The position numbers were made by a program, and so were the translations under genes. DNA of 64,000 nucleotides. Source: a virus. The notes under the pieces were generated by a model, which was given only the letters and a program-made list of their open reading frames with translations, searched no databases and had not been told where the DNA came from. This document shows, one piece after another, positions 40,927 to 50,273 of the stretch (position 1 is its first letter; the number at the start of each line of letters is the position of its first letter). Location: IMG/VR virus record IMGVR_UViG_3300021389_000014, positions 1-64,000 of that record; one strand, 5' to 3'.

Positions 40927-41913
40927 ATGAGTTATATTTTAGTTGATACCCAGAATTTATTTTATCGTGCAAGGCATGTTGTGAGGGCTGGCGATCCAGA
41001 ACTAAAAATAGGAATGGCTTTTCATATTCTGTTTTCTAGTATTGCAAAATCCTATAGAGATTTTAGCGGTTCGCACGTAGTATTTTGCCTAGAAGGCCGT
41101 AGCTGGCGCAAAGATTTTTATAAACCTTATAAAAATAACAGAAAAGTTGCACGTGACGCCATGTCGCCAGACCAAAAAGCAGAAGACGAAATGTTTTTTG
41201 AAGCATTTGCGGAACTGGTTGAATATGTCCGGAATGACACAAAATGCACGGTATTGCAGCACCGAAATTGTGAAGCAGATGATTTTATTGCACGATGGAT
41301 TCAGCTTCATCCAGAAGAAAAGCATGTAATTGTTTCTACCGATAGTGACTACTATCAATTACTCAATGAAAATGTATCACAATATAATGGTGTAACTAAC
41401 CAGCACATTACTATTGATGGGATTTTTAATGATAGTGGAAAGCCCCTTGTTGATAACAAGACTGGTGAGCAAAAAACTATAGGAGACCCAGAATATCTTT
41501 TATTTGAAAAGTGTATTCGTGGCGACATAAGCGATAATGTTTTTAGTGCTTATCCTGGGGTTCGTACAAAAGGAACAAAGAATAAAGTAGGAATTCTAGA
41601 AGCATTTGCTGACCGAAATGATAAGGGGTTTGACTGGAATAATTTTATGTTACAACGTTGGACCGACCATGAGAATACAGAACACGTTGTATTGAGTGAT
41701 TATAATCGCAATAAAACTCTTATTGATTTAACGCAGCAACCGGAGCATATTAAAGAAGAAATGGACAAAACTATTCTAGAAGCATCTCAGAAAGAATATC
41801 CGTCTCAAATTGGTATACGTTTTATGAAGTTTTGTGGAAAATATAGTTTGCTCAAAATGAGCGAACGACCAAATGATTTTACTACGTTTTTAAACGCTGG
41901 ATGCAAAAATTAA
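40927..41913 (+). CDS. rnh: RNase H / 5'-3' exonuclease (T4 rnh, FEN family)
   Basis: LVD, SWRK..Y..YK.NR, EADD, STDSDYYQL, GDISDNV. Confidence 0.88.
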   Translation: MSYILVDTQNLFYRARHVVRAGDPELKIGMAFHILFSSIAKSYRDFSGSHVVFCLEGRSWRKDFYKPYKNNRKVARDAMSPDQKAEDEMFFEAFAELVEYVRNDTKCTVLQHRNCEADDFIARWIQLHPEEKHVIVSTDSDYYQLLNENVSQYNGVTNQHITIDGIFNDSGKPLVDNKTGEQKTIGDPEYLLFEKCIRGDISDNVFSAYPGVRTKGTKNKVGILEAFADRNDKGFDWNNFMLQRWTDHENTEHVVLSDYNRNKTLIDLTQQPEHIKEEMDKTILEASQKEYPSQIGIRFMKFCGKYSLLKMSERPNDFTTFLNAGCKN

Positions 41914-41958
41914 AATTTTAGATAAATACATCTATAGTAAAAATATAGGTGTATTATC

Positions 41959-42252
41959 ATGTCTAGACCAAAACCAACCGTATTAATATCTAAAAAAGAA
42001 TTAGATTCATACAAAATAGAAGAAATACTCGACGCAGAAGGGGTATATGCTGTATTCTATAAAGGTTCTCCTATTAGTATAAAATGGGGGAGCGAATTCG
42101 TAGATGACATGCAACCAAAATATAGAAAAACATTTTTTCCAAGTGCAGCACATGCTTACAACTTAGCAGATAGATTGAATGAAAAATTTGAAACATCTGA
42201 TTTTGAGGTATTCAAGTTAGATAGTGGGACAAAAATGTCAAGAAATGTCTAG
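41959..42252 (+). CDS. Hypothetical protein (late promoter ATAAATA at 41922-41928)
   Basis: ORF with AGGT SD and late promoter. Confidence 0.65.
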   Translation: MSRPKPTVLISKKELDSYKIEEILDAEGVYAVFYKGSPISIKWGSEFVDDMQPKYRKTFFPSAAHAYNLADRLNEKFETSDFEVFKLDSGTKMSRNV

Positions 42253-42568
42253 TATAAGAACCCAGATAACTAGTTATTTTCAAAAGTTATATCAAGATAC
42301 TGACATAACGGAATATACGATGTTTGGGACTTATTCTGGAAATAGGCTATCTGAAGTTGGGAATAAGTTGATGATGAAAGAATTTAATCATCATGTTTTT
42401 CCGGTAAATAATGAAATTTCATTATACAAGAAAACAATTTTAAACAAAAATATGCCTAGACCATATTTTCTGTCAGATAAAAAAATTATATTGTATGATG
42501 ATAATGACGCTTCCTCTCTGCTGATGATGGAAGATATTTCTCTATGGATAGAATCAGTGACCATGTAA
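42245..42568 (+). CDS. Hypothetical protein
   Basis: Overlaps the upstream stop; likely start MSSIR. Confidence 0.55.
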   Translation: MSSIRTQITSYFQKLYQDTDITEYTMFGTYSGNRLSEVGNKLMMKEFNHHVFPVNNEISLYKKTILNKNMPRPYFLSDKKIILYDDNDASSLLMMEDISLWIESVTM

Positions 42569-42577
42569 ATAAAGTGC

Positions 42578-42619
42578 TTGACATATTGCATCGTATGTGA
42601 TATCTTACTCATATAAATA
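42578..42619 (+). promoter_or_regulatory. Sigma70-type promoter followed by TATAAATA
   Basis: TTGACA-17-TATCTT; TATAAATA at 42612-42619. Confidence 0.65.
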
Positions 42620-42640
42620 ACGTCATATGAGGAGAAAACG

Positions 42641-42943
42641 ATGGAACAGGGTTTGGTGGCAGCGGGAATTGGGATTCTTATTGCACTTATTTCATATTCT
42701 TATGGGAAAACAGCAGGAAACCTAGTAACTACTAAAAGAAGTGCAGATTTTGCAGATGGTGTTAAGTATGGAACGACATCTGTTATAGCTCTTTTGATCA
42801 AATCAAAAGTTATAAACATGGACATTTCGAATGGATATGATTATAAGCTTACTGGAAATTCAAATAAATCAGTCACGATGACCGAATTGACAGAACTTGT
42901 TGAAACTAATGGCGTCGGAGCATTCAACAATGATAGTATCTGA
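42641..42943 (+). CDS. Hypothetical membrane-anchored protein
   Basis: GAGGAG SD; N-terminal hydrophobic helix. Confidence 0.65.
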   Translation: MEQGLVAAGIGILIALISYSYGKTAGNLVTTKRSADFADGVKYGTTSVIALLIKSKVINMDISNGYDYKLTGNSNKSVTMTELTELVETNGVGAFNNDSI

Positions 42944-43106
42944 AAACACAATGTCGTTGTTCTATAACGATTTTAAGTTGTATCCAGAACCAGAGAAAAT
43001 AAAAGAAGCTTCCGAATGGTATAAAAATTACACGGGTACGACATATCGCGGCGAAGACAAAAAAGAACTTGTAGAAATCTACGCAGCTTTCAAAAAATTG
43101 GGTTGA
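42930..43106 (+). CDS. Small hypothetical protein
   Basis: GGAG SD before MIVSE. Confidence 0.5.
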   Translation: MIVSENTMSLFYNDFKLYPEPEKIKEASEWYKNYTGTTYRGEDKKELVEIYAAFKKLG

Positions 43107-43131
43107 CATCCCAGAGCAAATCAAATAGATT
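43103..43131 (+). promoter_or_regulatory. Sigma70-type promoter of the MoxR gene
   Basis: TTGACA-17-TAGATT. Confidence 0.65.
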
Positions 43132-43172
43132 ACGAATCATAGCAAATACACAGTCAACTGATGGAGAAATAA

Positions 43173-44273
43173 ATGACTGAACAAACTCGCACTGTAAAAC
43201 TCAGCGAAGCAAAAAAGTATATCAAGCATCACTTCAAGAAAAAGCGTCCCACTATGCTTTGGGCTGGCCCCGGTGTTGGCAAAAGTGATCTTGTTGCAAG
43301 CATTGTAGAAGAGATTCCGAATTCTGCCCTCATTGATGTTCGTCTTCCTCTTTGGGAACCTACTGACATTAAAGGTATTCCGTTTTACAATTCTACTTCC
43401 AATACGATGGAATGGGCTTCCCCTGCAGAACTTCCTAGCGAAGAATTTGCAAGCAAGTACAATACTGTTGTTCTTTTCTTGGACGAACTTAATGGTGCTG
43501 CTCCTGCTGTCCAAGCTGCTGCATATCAGCTTATCCTCAATCGCCGTGTTGGAACGTATGAACTACCTGACAACGTTGTTGTTGTTGCTGCTGGCAACCG
43601 TGAAAGCGACAAGGGCGTTGCTTATCGTATGCCTAAGCCTCTGGCAAATCGTTTTGTCCACTACGAAGTCCGTGTTGATTTCAACGACTGGCAGCAATGG
43701 GCGCTTGGTAATGGTATTCATCCTGACGTGGTTGGTTATCTGACATTCTCTAAGCGTGACTTGCATCAGTTTGATCCTAGTTCGTCTGATCGCAGTTTTG
43801 CTACCCCGCGTTCTTGGTCATTTGTTAGTGAACTTCTTGATGATGTAGAAATGTTTTCTCCGCAGGAAATCACTGACATGGTTAGTGGTGCTATTGGTGA
43901 GGGAATTGCATTGAAATTCAACGCACACCGTGAGGTTTCCAGCCTCTTGCCTGATCCTAGCCTCATCCTTGATGGTAAGATTGACAATCTAAAAACCAAA
44001 GAGATTTCTGCAATGTATTCGCTTGCAACTTCTCTTTCCTATGAACTTAAAACAGTTTATGACCGTATTGGCAAAGATGTAGAGCAAGATGATTTTAACG
44101 AAAAGCTGGACAACATGCTGGAATTCTGCCTGAAGAATTTTGAACCGGAAATGAGCATCATGAGCGTTCGTGTTCTGGCAACACAATACAAAATGAAGTT
44201 GCCACTTCGCAAAATTCCGAATGGTGTGAAATTCTTTGACAAGTATGGTGATCTTGTTCTTGCCGCTGCATAA
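43173..44273 (+). CDS. MoxR-like AAA+ ATPase
   Basis: Walker A GPGVGKS, Walker B LFLDE, AAGN, PLANRF, TPRSW. Confidence 0.9.
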   Translation: MTEQTRTVKLSEAKKYIKHHFKKKRPTMLWAGPGVGKSDLVASIVEEIPNSALIDVRLPLWEPTDIKGIPFYNSTSNTMEWASPAELPSEEFASKYNTVVLFLDELNGAAPAVQAAAYQLILNRRVGTYELPDNVVVVAAGNRESDKGVAYRMPKPLANRFVHYEVRVDFNDWQQWALGNGIHPDVVGYLTFSKRDLHQFDPSSSDRSFATPRSWSFVSELLDDVEMFSPQEITDMVSGAIGEGIALKFNAHREVSSLLPDPSLILDGKIDNLKTKEISAMYSLATSLSYELKTVYDRIGKDVEQDDFNEKLDNMLEFCLKNFEPEMSIMSVRVLATQYKMKLPLRKIPNGVKFFDKYGDLVLAAA

Positions 44274-44275
44274 AC

Positions 44276-44301
44276 AAAAAGGGGCTTCGGCCCCTTTTTT
44301 T
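44276..44301 (+). terminator. Intrinsic (bidirectional) terminator
   Basis: AAAAAGGGGC-TTCG-GCCCCTTTTT. Confidence 0.88.
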
Positions 44302-44302
44302 C

Positions 44303-44345
44303 TTGACAACCGCGCTTATGTGTGGTAGTATTAAATATATAAATA
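44303..44345 (+). promoter_or_regulatory. Sigma70-type promoter followed by TATAAATA
   Basis: TTGACA-17-TAGTAT; TATAAATA at 44338-44345. Confidence 0.7.
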
Positions 44346-44360
44346 ACTGATGAGGAAATC

Positions 44361-45542
44361 ATGTCTGATACTGCTGAAAACAAACTTGTAAAGGCCCGTC
44401 TTAAACTGCTGTTTAAGCATCCCTTCTTTGGTCAGATGGCCTTGCGTATGCGCTTGATTGATGTCACCGATGACGGTTGGTGTCCAACTGCCGCAACGGA
44501 TGGTCGCAACTTTTACTATAATGCCGACTTTGTGAATAAACTTGATCAAGACGAAATTGTTTTTCTTGTTGGTCATGAGCTTGGTCACTGTATTTTTGAA
44601 CATTTTTTGCGCGTAGATAAGCGTGACAAAAAGCTTTGGAATATGGCAGGCGATTATGTTATCAATCTTATGCTAGAACGTGAACGAATTGGACGAGTAA
44701 TCACAACTGTTCCTATTCTTTTGGATAACAAATACCGTGGACTTGCTACCGAAGAAGTATATGAAGACCTTGTTAAAAATGGTGCCGAGGAAAAAGATAC
44801 GCTTGACATTCACCTTGAAATTGGTGGTTCTGGCGAAGACGATGAAGAAGGCAATGGCGACAAAGATGGAAAAGGCAAAAAGCCAACTATCTCTGCCGAA
44901 GATGCGAAATCAATTTCTGATGATATTCGCCAAGCTGTTTTGCAAGCCGCGTCTGCATCTGCTGGTAATCTACCATCCGAGGTAAAGCGTATTATCAAAA
45001 ATCTTACCGAGTCTAAGATGGATTGGCGTCAGCATATTCGTTCATCCATTGAAAGTAGCATTAAGAGTGACTTTTCTTGGATGCGTCCTAACCGCAAAGG
45101 CTGGCATATGTCGGCTATCCTTCCTGGAATGACCCCAGGTCAAGAGATTGAGGTTGCTATTGGTATTGACACAAGTGGTTCTATTTCACAGAAAACACTT
45201 GAAGATTTTCTTGGTGAAGTAAACGGTATCATGGAGCAGTTTGAGCAATATACTATTCGTATTTGGCAATTTGATACCCGTGTATATGGCTACGAAAAGT
45301 TCACACATGATGACGGTAAGGATATTCGCGAATATGAAATTCGCGGAGGTGGTGGCACCGACTTCATGGCCAACTGGGAATACATGAAAAACAATGACAT
45401 TGACCCAAAACAGTTTATCATGTTTACAGACATGATGCCTTGGAATAGCTGGGGTGATCCGAATTACTGCGATACGCTATTTGTTGCACATAGCACAAAA
45501 ACCATTCAAGCACCATTTGGAACCACGGTATACTATGAATAA
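44361..45542 (+). CDS. Zincin-like metallopeptidase + vWA domain protein (DUF2201 type), MoxR partner
   Basis: TAATDG, HELGH (HExxH), WNMAGDYVIN; MIDAS DTSGS, GGGGTDF, FTD. Confidence 0.88.
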   Translation: MSDTAENKLVKARLKLLFKHPFFGQMALRMRLIDVTDDGWCPTAATDGRNFYYNADFVNKLDQDEIVFLVGHELGHCIFEHFLRVDKRDKKLWNMAGDYVINLMLERERIGRVITTVPILLDNKYRGLATEEVYEDLVKNGAEEKDTLDIHLEIGGSGEDDEEGNGDKDGKGKKPTISAEDAKSISDDIRQAVLQAASASAGNLPSEVKRIIKNLTESKMDWRQHIRSSIESSIKSDFSWMRPNRKGWHMSAILPGMTPGQEIEVAIGIDTSGSISQKTLEDFLGEVNGIMEQFEQYTIRIWQFDTRVYGYEKFTHDDGKDIREYEIRGGGGTDFMANWEYMKNNDIDPKQFIMFTDMMPWNSWGDPNYCDTLFVAHSTKTIQAPFGTTVYYE

Positions 45543-45544
45543 TT

Positions 45545-45568
45545 TATGGCACTTCGGTGCCATAAATA
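45545..45568 (+). terminator. UUCG hairpin whose 3' arm merges with a late promoter (ATAAATA 45562-45568)
   Basis: TTATGGCAC-TTCG-GTGCCATAA-ATA. Confidence 0.65.
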
Positions 45569-45592
45569 ACTATATATAAAATAGGAGATAAT

Positions 45593-45820
45593 ATGACAGA
45601 ACAAACATTAAATACGGAGACTGCGCCAGTTTCTTTATCTGTAAAAGATTTGGCAGACGCAGCAAGTTACATAGATTTGGCGTTTAAAAAAGGAGCATAC
45701 GGCGCAGAAGAAGCCTCTGAAATTTCTAATCTGTATAAAAAAATCGTTGTATTTATAAATGCAACGATTGAAACGCAACAAAAAGCGCAAGAGGCAAACA
45801 AAGAAGGTAATACACAATAA
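45593..45820 (+). CDS. Hypothetical protein
   Basis: AGGAG SD. Confidence 0.65.
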   Translation: MTEQTLNTETAPVSLSVKDLADAASYIDLAFKKGAYGAEEASEISNLYKKIVVFINATIETQQKAQEANKEGNTQ

Positions 45821-46461
45821 TGAAACATGTAGGAAGAATAGAAAATACTGGAAAACGCTGTGTCGTTGTTTTTAGAGAAATATACGATGAAACTGGAAAG
45901 GTCGTTGAATCTGACAAGTGCCTAGTAGTCGAAACAGATTCTCTGCCAGATTTCGCACACCAGGACATCATGTCCATAGTTGAAAGCGAACCTTCTCAGC
46001 GCGAAGGAGAACTGTTTAACGTTCTCGCACGAACTCGGTTGAGCAATGGTGATACTGCACTACCGTGGCTGCATTCGCAGGGTAGGCTCAGGAAGTATGA
46101 CACTGATAATATCGTGTTGATTCCGAATAGCAACACAAAGATCAAATTGAACGTTCTTAATAGAATTATTGAACTTCAAAAGGCAGGATATAGCGAAAGC
46201 GACATTCAACGAATCGCGAACGACATGCAATCTGAGAAAAAAACAAATCCAGATAAACAAAATGTTTCTGAACAAAAGCCAGCAAACGCCGTATTGACGG
46301 ATGAAGATTTGGCAAAAAATCTTATTTCGCAAGCGGAAACACTAAAAGCTGAGGTAGAAAGACTGGAGAAAGAGGCATATACTCTTGCTCCAAGTCTTAA
46401 ACCCACCAAAAGAAAAAGGGTCTCTGCTAAAAGTAAAGAAACTGTTATTGAGAGTAGTTAA
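45820..46461 (+). CDS. Hypothetical protein with C-terminal coiled coil
   Basis: Coupled TAATG start. Confidence 0.7.
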   Translation: MKHVGRIENTGKRCVVVFREIYDETGKVVESDKCLVVETDSLPDFAHQDIMSIVESEPSQREGELFNVLARTRLSNGDTALPWLHSQGRLRKYDTDNIVLIPNSNTKIKLNVLNRIIELQKAGYSESDIQRIANDMQSEKKTNPDKQNVSEQKPANAVLTDEDLAKNLISQAETLKAEVERLEKEAYTLAPSLKPTKRKRVSAKSKETVIESS

Positions 46462-46752
46462 ATGGCTATAATCAAAAAAGAACGAGCATTTTCACAAATA
46501 ATGGGGGACGTTGAAGTCAACGAAGTCCCCATTATATTTGTAAAAAAGTTATCAATTTTATCCACTGAGCAAAAAGTTTATACTCTTTTAAAAAATGATC
46601 TTTCAGACTTTTCAAGTTTAGAAGATGCTATAAATTCTTTTCCTCATGAAATCCAAGATATAAACATTGAATTAGATATGAAGCTAATTGAAGATACTGT
46701 GAAATATGAACAGAATCGTTTACTTGGAGAAAACGGTAACGAAGATGATTAA
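46462..46752 (+). CDS. Hypothetical protein
   Basis: In-operon ORF. Confidence 0.6.
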   Translation: MAIIKKERAFSQIMGDVEVNEVPIIFVKKLSILSTEQKVYTLLKNDLSDFSSLEDAINSFPHEIQDINIELDMKLIEDTVKYEQNRLLGENGNEDD

Positions 46753-47242
46753 AGCTATTTTCGCGTGTGATGATACGTGGGGCATCGGTAAAAACGGTGC
46801 CCTTCCATGGCCTCACAACCCAGAAGACTTAAAATGGTTTAAGCAATGCACAGATGGTGATGTTGTTGTTATGGGTCGTAAGACTTGGGAAAGTCTGCCC
46901 CGTAAGCCTCTTCCAAATCGTATAAACTATGTAGTTACATCAGACCATAACATTGAAAAAGGCTATTATGGAAGATTTACTAGCAAGGATGTTGGCAGAG
47001 CAATACGTTCTATAATTGAAGGTCGTATTGAGCCAATGCCAGATATTTGGATTATTGGTGGTGCGCAATTATTTGAGAGTTGCATTGATATAATTGAAGA
47101 AGTTCATTTATCTAGGATAGAAGGCGATTTTGATTGTGATGTTTTTTTACCAAAATGGAAATTAATGAGAAATTTTTACCTTGACAGTGCCAATATCCAT
47201 ACAAATAAACTCAATACCGAACATTGGAAAAAACGACAATGA
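46745..47242 (+). CDS. folA: Dihydrofolate reductase
   Basis: GIGKNGALPW, DLKWFK, VVMGRKTWESLP.KPLPNR, IIGG; start MIKAIF. Confidence 0.94.
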   Translation: MIKAIFACDDTWGIGKNGALPWPHNPEDLKWFKQCTDGDVVVMGRKTWESLPRKPLPNRINYVVTSDHNIEKGYYGRFTSKDVGRAIRSIIEGRIEPMPDIWIIGGAQLFESCIDIIEEVHLSRIEGDFDCDVFLPKWKLMRNFYLDSANIHTNKLNTEHWKKRQ

Positions 47243-47276
47243 ATGATAGAATGAGAGAATTGAGCGGAGTATTAAT

Positions 47277-48155
47277 ATGAAAGAATATTTAGATTGTTTA
47301 CGCTATATTATGGATAACGGCGTGGATACTGACGACAGGACTGGCGTAGGAACTAGAAGTGTTTTTGGATACCAAATGCGATTTGATTTGTCTAACGGAT
47401 TCCCAGCAGTAACTACGAAAAAATTAGCATGGAAGCCATTGGTATCAGAATTACTGTGGTTTTTGGAAGGAAGCACCGATGAGCGTAGGTTAGCAGAAAT
47501 TCAATATGGAAAGCCAATAAATGAATTAATTGATAAAACAACAATATGGACTGCAAATGCAGATGCCCAAGGAAAATCACTCGGCTATTACAATGACGAA
47601 TATGTCAAAGAATTGGGTCCAGTTTATGGTACGCAATGGCGAAACTTCGGCAGTAGTTATGCCACATTCGAAAACAGCCGAGGTGTAGATCAAATTTCAT
47701 GGGTGATAAATGAAATTAAAACAAATCCAGATTCTCGTAGGTTAGTTGTATCTGCGTGGAGTGCAAATCAAATTCACGAAATGGCGCTTATGCCGTGCCA
47801 TTACTCATTTCAGTTTAATGTAATTAATAATAAGTTGAATTGTATATTCAACATGAGATCAACGGATTCTTTTTTGGGCTTGCCATTCAACCTCGCATCC
47901 TACTCACTGTTGACACATATGATTGCACAGGTATGTGATTTGGAAGTAGGAGATTTGGTATATTCTGGTGCAAATGTTCATATATATAAAAATCATTTTG
48001 ATGCGGTAAATGAGCAATTGTCAAGGGAGCCATTGCCACTTCCAACATTGTGGTTAAATCCGGAAATCAAAAATATAGATGATTTTACCATGGATGATAT
48101 AAAATTAGTCGGTTACGAATCCCATCCTGCTATAAAAGCACCGATGGCGGTTTAA
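47277..48155 (+). CDS. thyA: Thymidylate synthase
   Basis: DRTGVGT, ELLWFL, LGPVYG.QWR, MALMPCH, RSTD..LGLPFN. Confidence 0.96.
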   Translation: MKEYLDCLRYIMDNGVDTDDRTGVGTRSVFGYQMRFDLSNGFPAVTTKKLAWKPLVSELLWFLEGSTDERRLAEIQYGKPINELIDKTTIWTANADAQGKSLGYYNDEYVKELGPVYGTQWRNFGSSYATFENSRGVDQISWVINEIKTNPDSRRLVVSAWSANQIHEMALMPCHYSFQFNVINNKLNCIFNMRSTDSFLGLPFNLASYSLLTHMIAQVCDLEVGDLVYSGANVHIYKNHFDAVNEQLSREPLPLPTLWLNPEIKNIDDFTMDDIKLVGYESHPAIKAPMAV

Positions 48156-48796
48156 CGATAATAAAACCCCAGCCTAGTATTGGGCAAGTTACTATCACTG
48201 TTATCTTTATTTTCAATATACTGCCAATCTTTATAAGATTGGTGGTATTTTTTATTCTCCCATACGGGTATTATCTCAGTTGCATTTTCTGGAAAATCTG
48301 ATCCATGACGTAAATGAATTTCTATTATTTTATTTCCTATAAATTCTATGTTTAATTCTTTAGAATCTATTTCTTCTATAAAATCTGGTAATTTTATATT
48401 TGGTATTTGGATTTTTTTCCAACGATTAAATTGATAGAGTGGGTCGTCGTCTTCCCTAAATCCCTGACATGCAAATATAGGGGTCCATTTTTTATTTTTG
48501 TTAATAAAATCAATGCTTAAATGATTTCCGTAAAATCGTTCACACCAGAAATACCCTGCTGGTATTATAGTATCCGTGTTATTATTAAAAAATACAAAAG
48601 ATGCACCGACTCCCATACCGCCAAGATTATATATTGGTCTAACACAGTATTCTCCGGAATTTGACACATCTGTTCCGCTTGGCCCACAATCATACCCCAA
48701 TCTTAAACTTAATTCTAATTTATTGAATGTCCATCTAAGATTGGGGTATTTATTCCAAGCTTGGTAATCTTCTTTTATTTTTTCTTCGGGACGCAA
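48152..48796 (-). CDS. Hypothetical protein, possible ATP-grasp fold
   Basis: VRPIYNLGGMGVGA, FWCERF.G.HLSID, NIEFIG.KIIEIHLR pattern. Confidence 0.5.
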   Translation of the reverse strand: MRPEEKIKEDYQAWNKYPNLRWTFNKLELSLRLGYDCGPSGTDVSNSGEYCVRPIYNLGGMGVGASFVFFNNNTDTIIPAGYFWCERFYGNHLSIDFINKNKKWTPIFACQGFREDDDPLYQFNRWKKIQIPNIKLPDFIEEIDSKELNIEFIGNKIIEIHLRHGSDFPENATEIIPVWENKKYHQSYKDWQYIENKDNSDSNLPNTRLGFYYR

Positions 48797-49806
48797 TTCG
48801 GAACTTCTTTTCCATTTTTCATTTTAGTGCCAACTGGTTCATACCCGTCCCAGCAAGGATTGTCTTTGGGGTTTTTCAAGCTTTTCTTCTTCTTGGCTTC
48901 ATTTACTTTTCCCCAACCAGTTTTTGCGCGAATTGCAAATTCTAGTTCATTTTCTAGTTCATAATCTTTTGAACCTTTCTTGTGTGGGCCACGTCCTTTT
49001 ACTTTGGCAAGTTCGTCTCTAAGCTGTGCAAGGCTTTTTCCAGAATGCTCACCAGTTGATTCGATCTCGCTGTCGCCTTCCCATTTTTCCCTTACTGGCA
49101 TAGCGCCTAAAGAAACCACAGGCTCTGCCGAAACTATGTCCGTTCCAGTAGGCTCCATCGGTATTTCTTGGTGTTCTCCGCGCGTCATTTGATATTCCAT
49201 ATAGTGCTTTACCGCAGATAGGTCTTCGCTTGCACGGGTTATCTTAGCCTGAACCCATGGCTCCAAATCGTCTGCGTCGTTAATCATTTGATGTAGGGCA
49301 ATTGCATATTTTGCAGTTTTATATAACTGGCTCTTCGCCATCCATCCATCGTCGTCTTCTGAATCGAGAACTCCCTCAGTTACCATAATTCTCATTCTTT
49401 TTCCAGTTTCGCTATTTTTTACAACAGCGGGTTTCCCTACGGAAATGTCAAAATCCGTTTCCCATTCGCCGTCTTGAATTTTCTTTTCAATCTCTGCTTT
49501 TGTCATTTCGCGAGATTCTTTCATATTTTTAGAAATAGCTTTTCTCTTTTTCTTCAAATATTCGTCAGTAGAATCAGTTTTTCCATCGTTATTGACATCA
49601 TCATCTTCTTTTCCAACGGGGTCTAGTTTTGATTCATTCATCGCTTTTTTTGTTGCAGTTGCATACATGACATCTTTCCATTTATCTCCATATGCATCTT
49701 TCATGCGCTTTTCGTCTTTTTTCATTCCTTTGACAATTTCTTCACGCTTTTCTTTTTGCGGGCCTGTCATCTTTTCTTCTAGCATTTTAATTCTCTTAGA
49801 TACCAT
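48775..49806 (-). CDS. Modular, highly charged protein; putative internal head polyprotein
   Basis: Short modules separated by hydrophobic-x-E sites; includes DxNNDG, MAKSQLY and CWDGY...VPNCVP modules. Confidence 0.6.
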   Translation of the reverse strand: MVSKRIKMLEEKMTGPQKEKREEIVKGMKKDEKRMKDAYGDKWKDVMYATATKKAMNESKLDPVGKEDDDVNNDGKTDSTDEYLKKKRKAISKNMKESREMTKAEIEKKIQDGEWETDFDISVGKPAVVKNSETGKRMRIMVTEGVLDSEDDDGWMAKSQLYKTAKYAIALHQMINDADDLEPWVQAKITRASEDLSAVKHYMEYQMTRGEHQEIPMEPTGTDIVSAEPVVSLGAMPVREKWEGDSEIESTGEHSGKSLAQLRDELAKVKGRGPHKKGSKDYELENELEFAIRAKTGWGKVNEAKKKKSLKNPKDNPCWDGYEPVGTKMKNGKEVPNCVPKKK

Positions 49807-49829
49807 TATAAAAATCCTCTTTTATATAT

Positions 49830-50024
49830 TTACGATTTTTTCTTTCTCTTTTTCTTTTTAGGGTTGTCGCCAAAAAATCCAGTATCTTGATCCAATGCGT
49901 TTACCGCAGTTCCATTTGGATTTCTTCGTTGCGTTCCGCCTATGCTTCCGCTAACTGATGCTATTCCTCCGGCGCTTGTCGCGCCAGAAGAAGCAGTCTC
50001 TCTTAAAATATCATTTATTTTCAT
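49830..50024 (-). CDS. Small putative head protein with MKINDILRE propeptide
   Basis: GGAG SD; basic C-terminus. Confidence 0.55.
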   Translation of the reverse strand: MKINDILRETASSGATSAGGIASVSGSIGGTQRRNPNGTAVNALDQDTGFFGDNPKKKKRKKKS

Positions 50025-50247
50025 TTTTACTCCAGTCAATTTTTTTTGCTAATTTGGACATTGTGCGTTGATGTTTTATATCACTTCTAACCATTTTTCT
50101 TTTTTTACAAATTACTGTTCGGTATTCCTCTGGGGTTAGCGGTCCTTTTCCTTCTACCCCAGCAAATACGATGGCATCATATATTGATGTTTTTTCCATT
50201 GAACCAATAGTGTCTTCAAAGTTTGATTTTTTAACGTTTTTGTGCAT
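50011..50247 (-). CDS. Hypothetical basic protein
   Basis: AAGGAGG SD before MHKNV. Confidence 0.6.
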   Translation of the reverse strand: MHKNVKKSNFEDTIGSMEKTSIYDAIVFAGVEGKGPLTPEEYRTVICKKRKMVRSDIKHQRTMSKLAKKIDWSKNENK

Positions 50248-50273
50248 ATTACTGCCCTCCTTGATTAAAACTA

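Noticed and set aside
47181-47280. TTGACA and a 13-codon ORF between folA and thyA
   Set aside because: No well-spaced -10 element; ORF too short to support
35939-48155. Inteins or self-splicing introns in polymerase or thyA
   Set aside because: Both are uninterrupted and of normal length; the acidic stretch before motif A in the polymerase has no intein motifs
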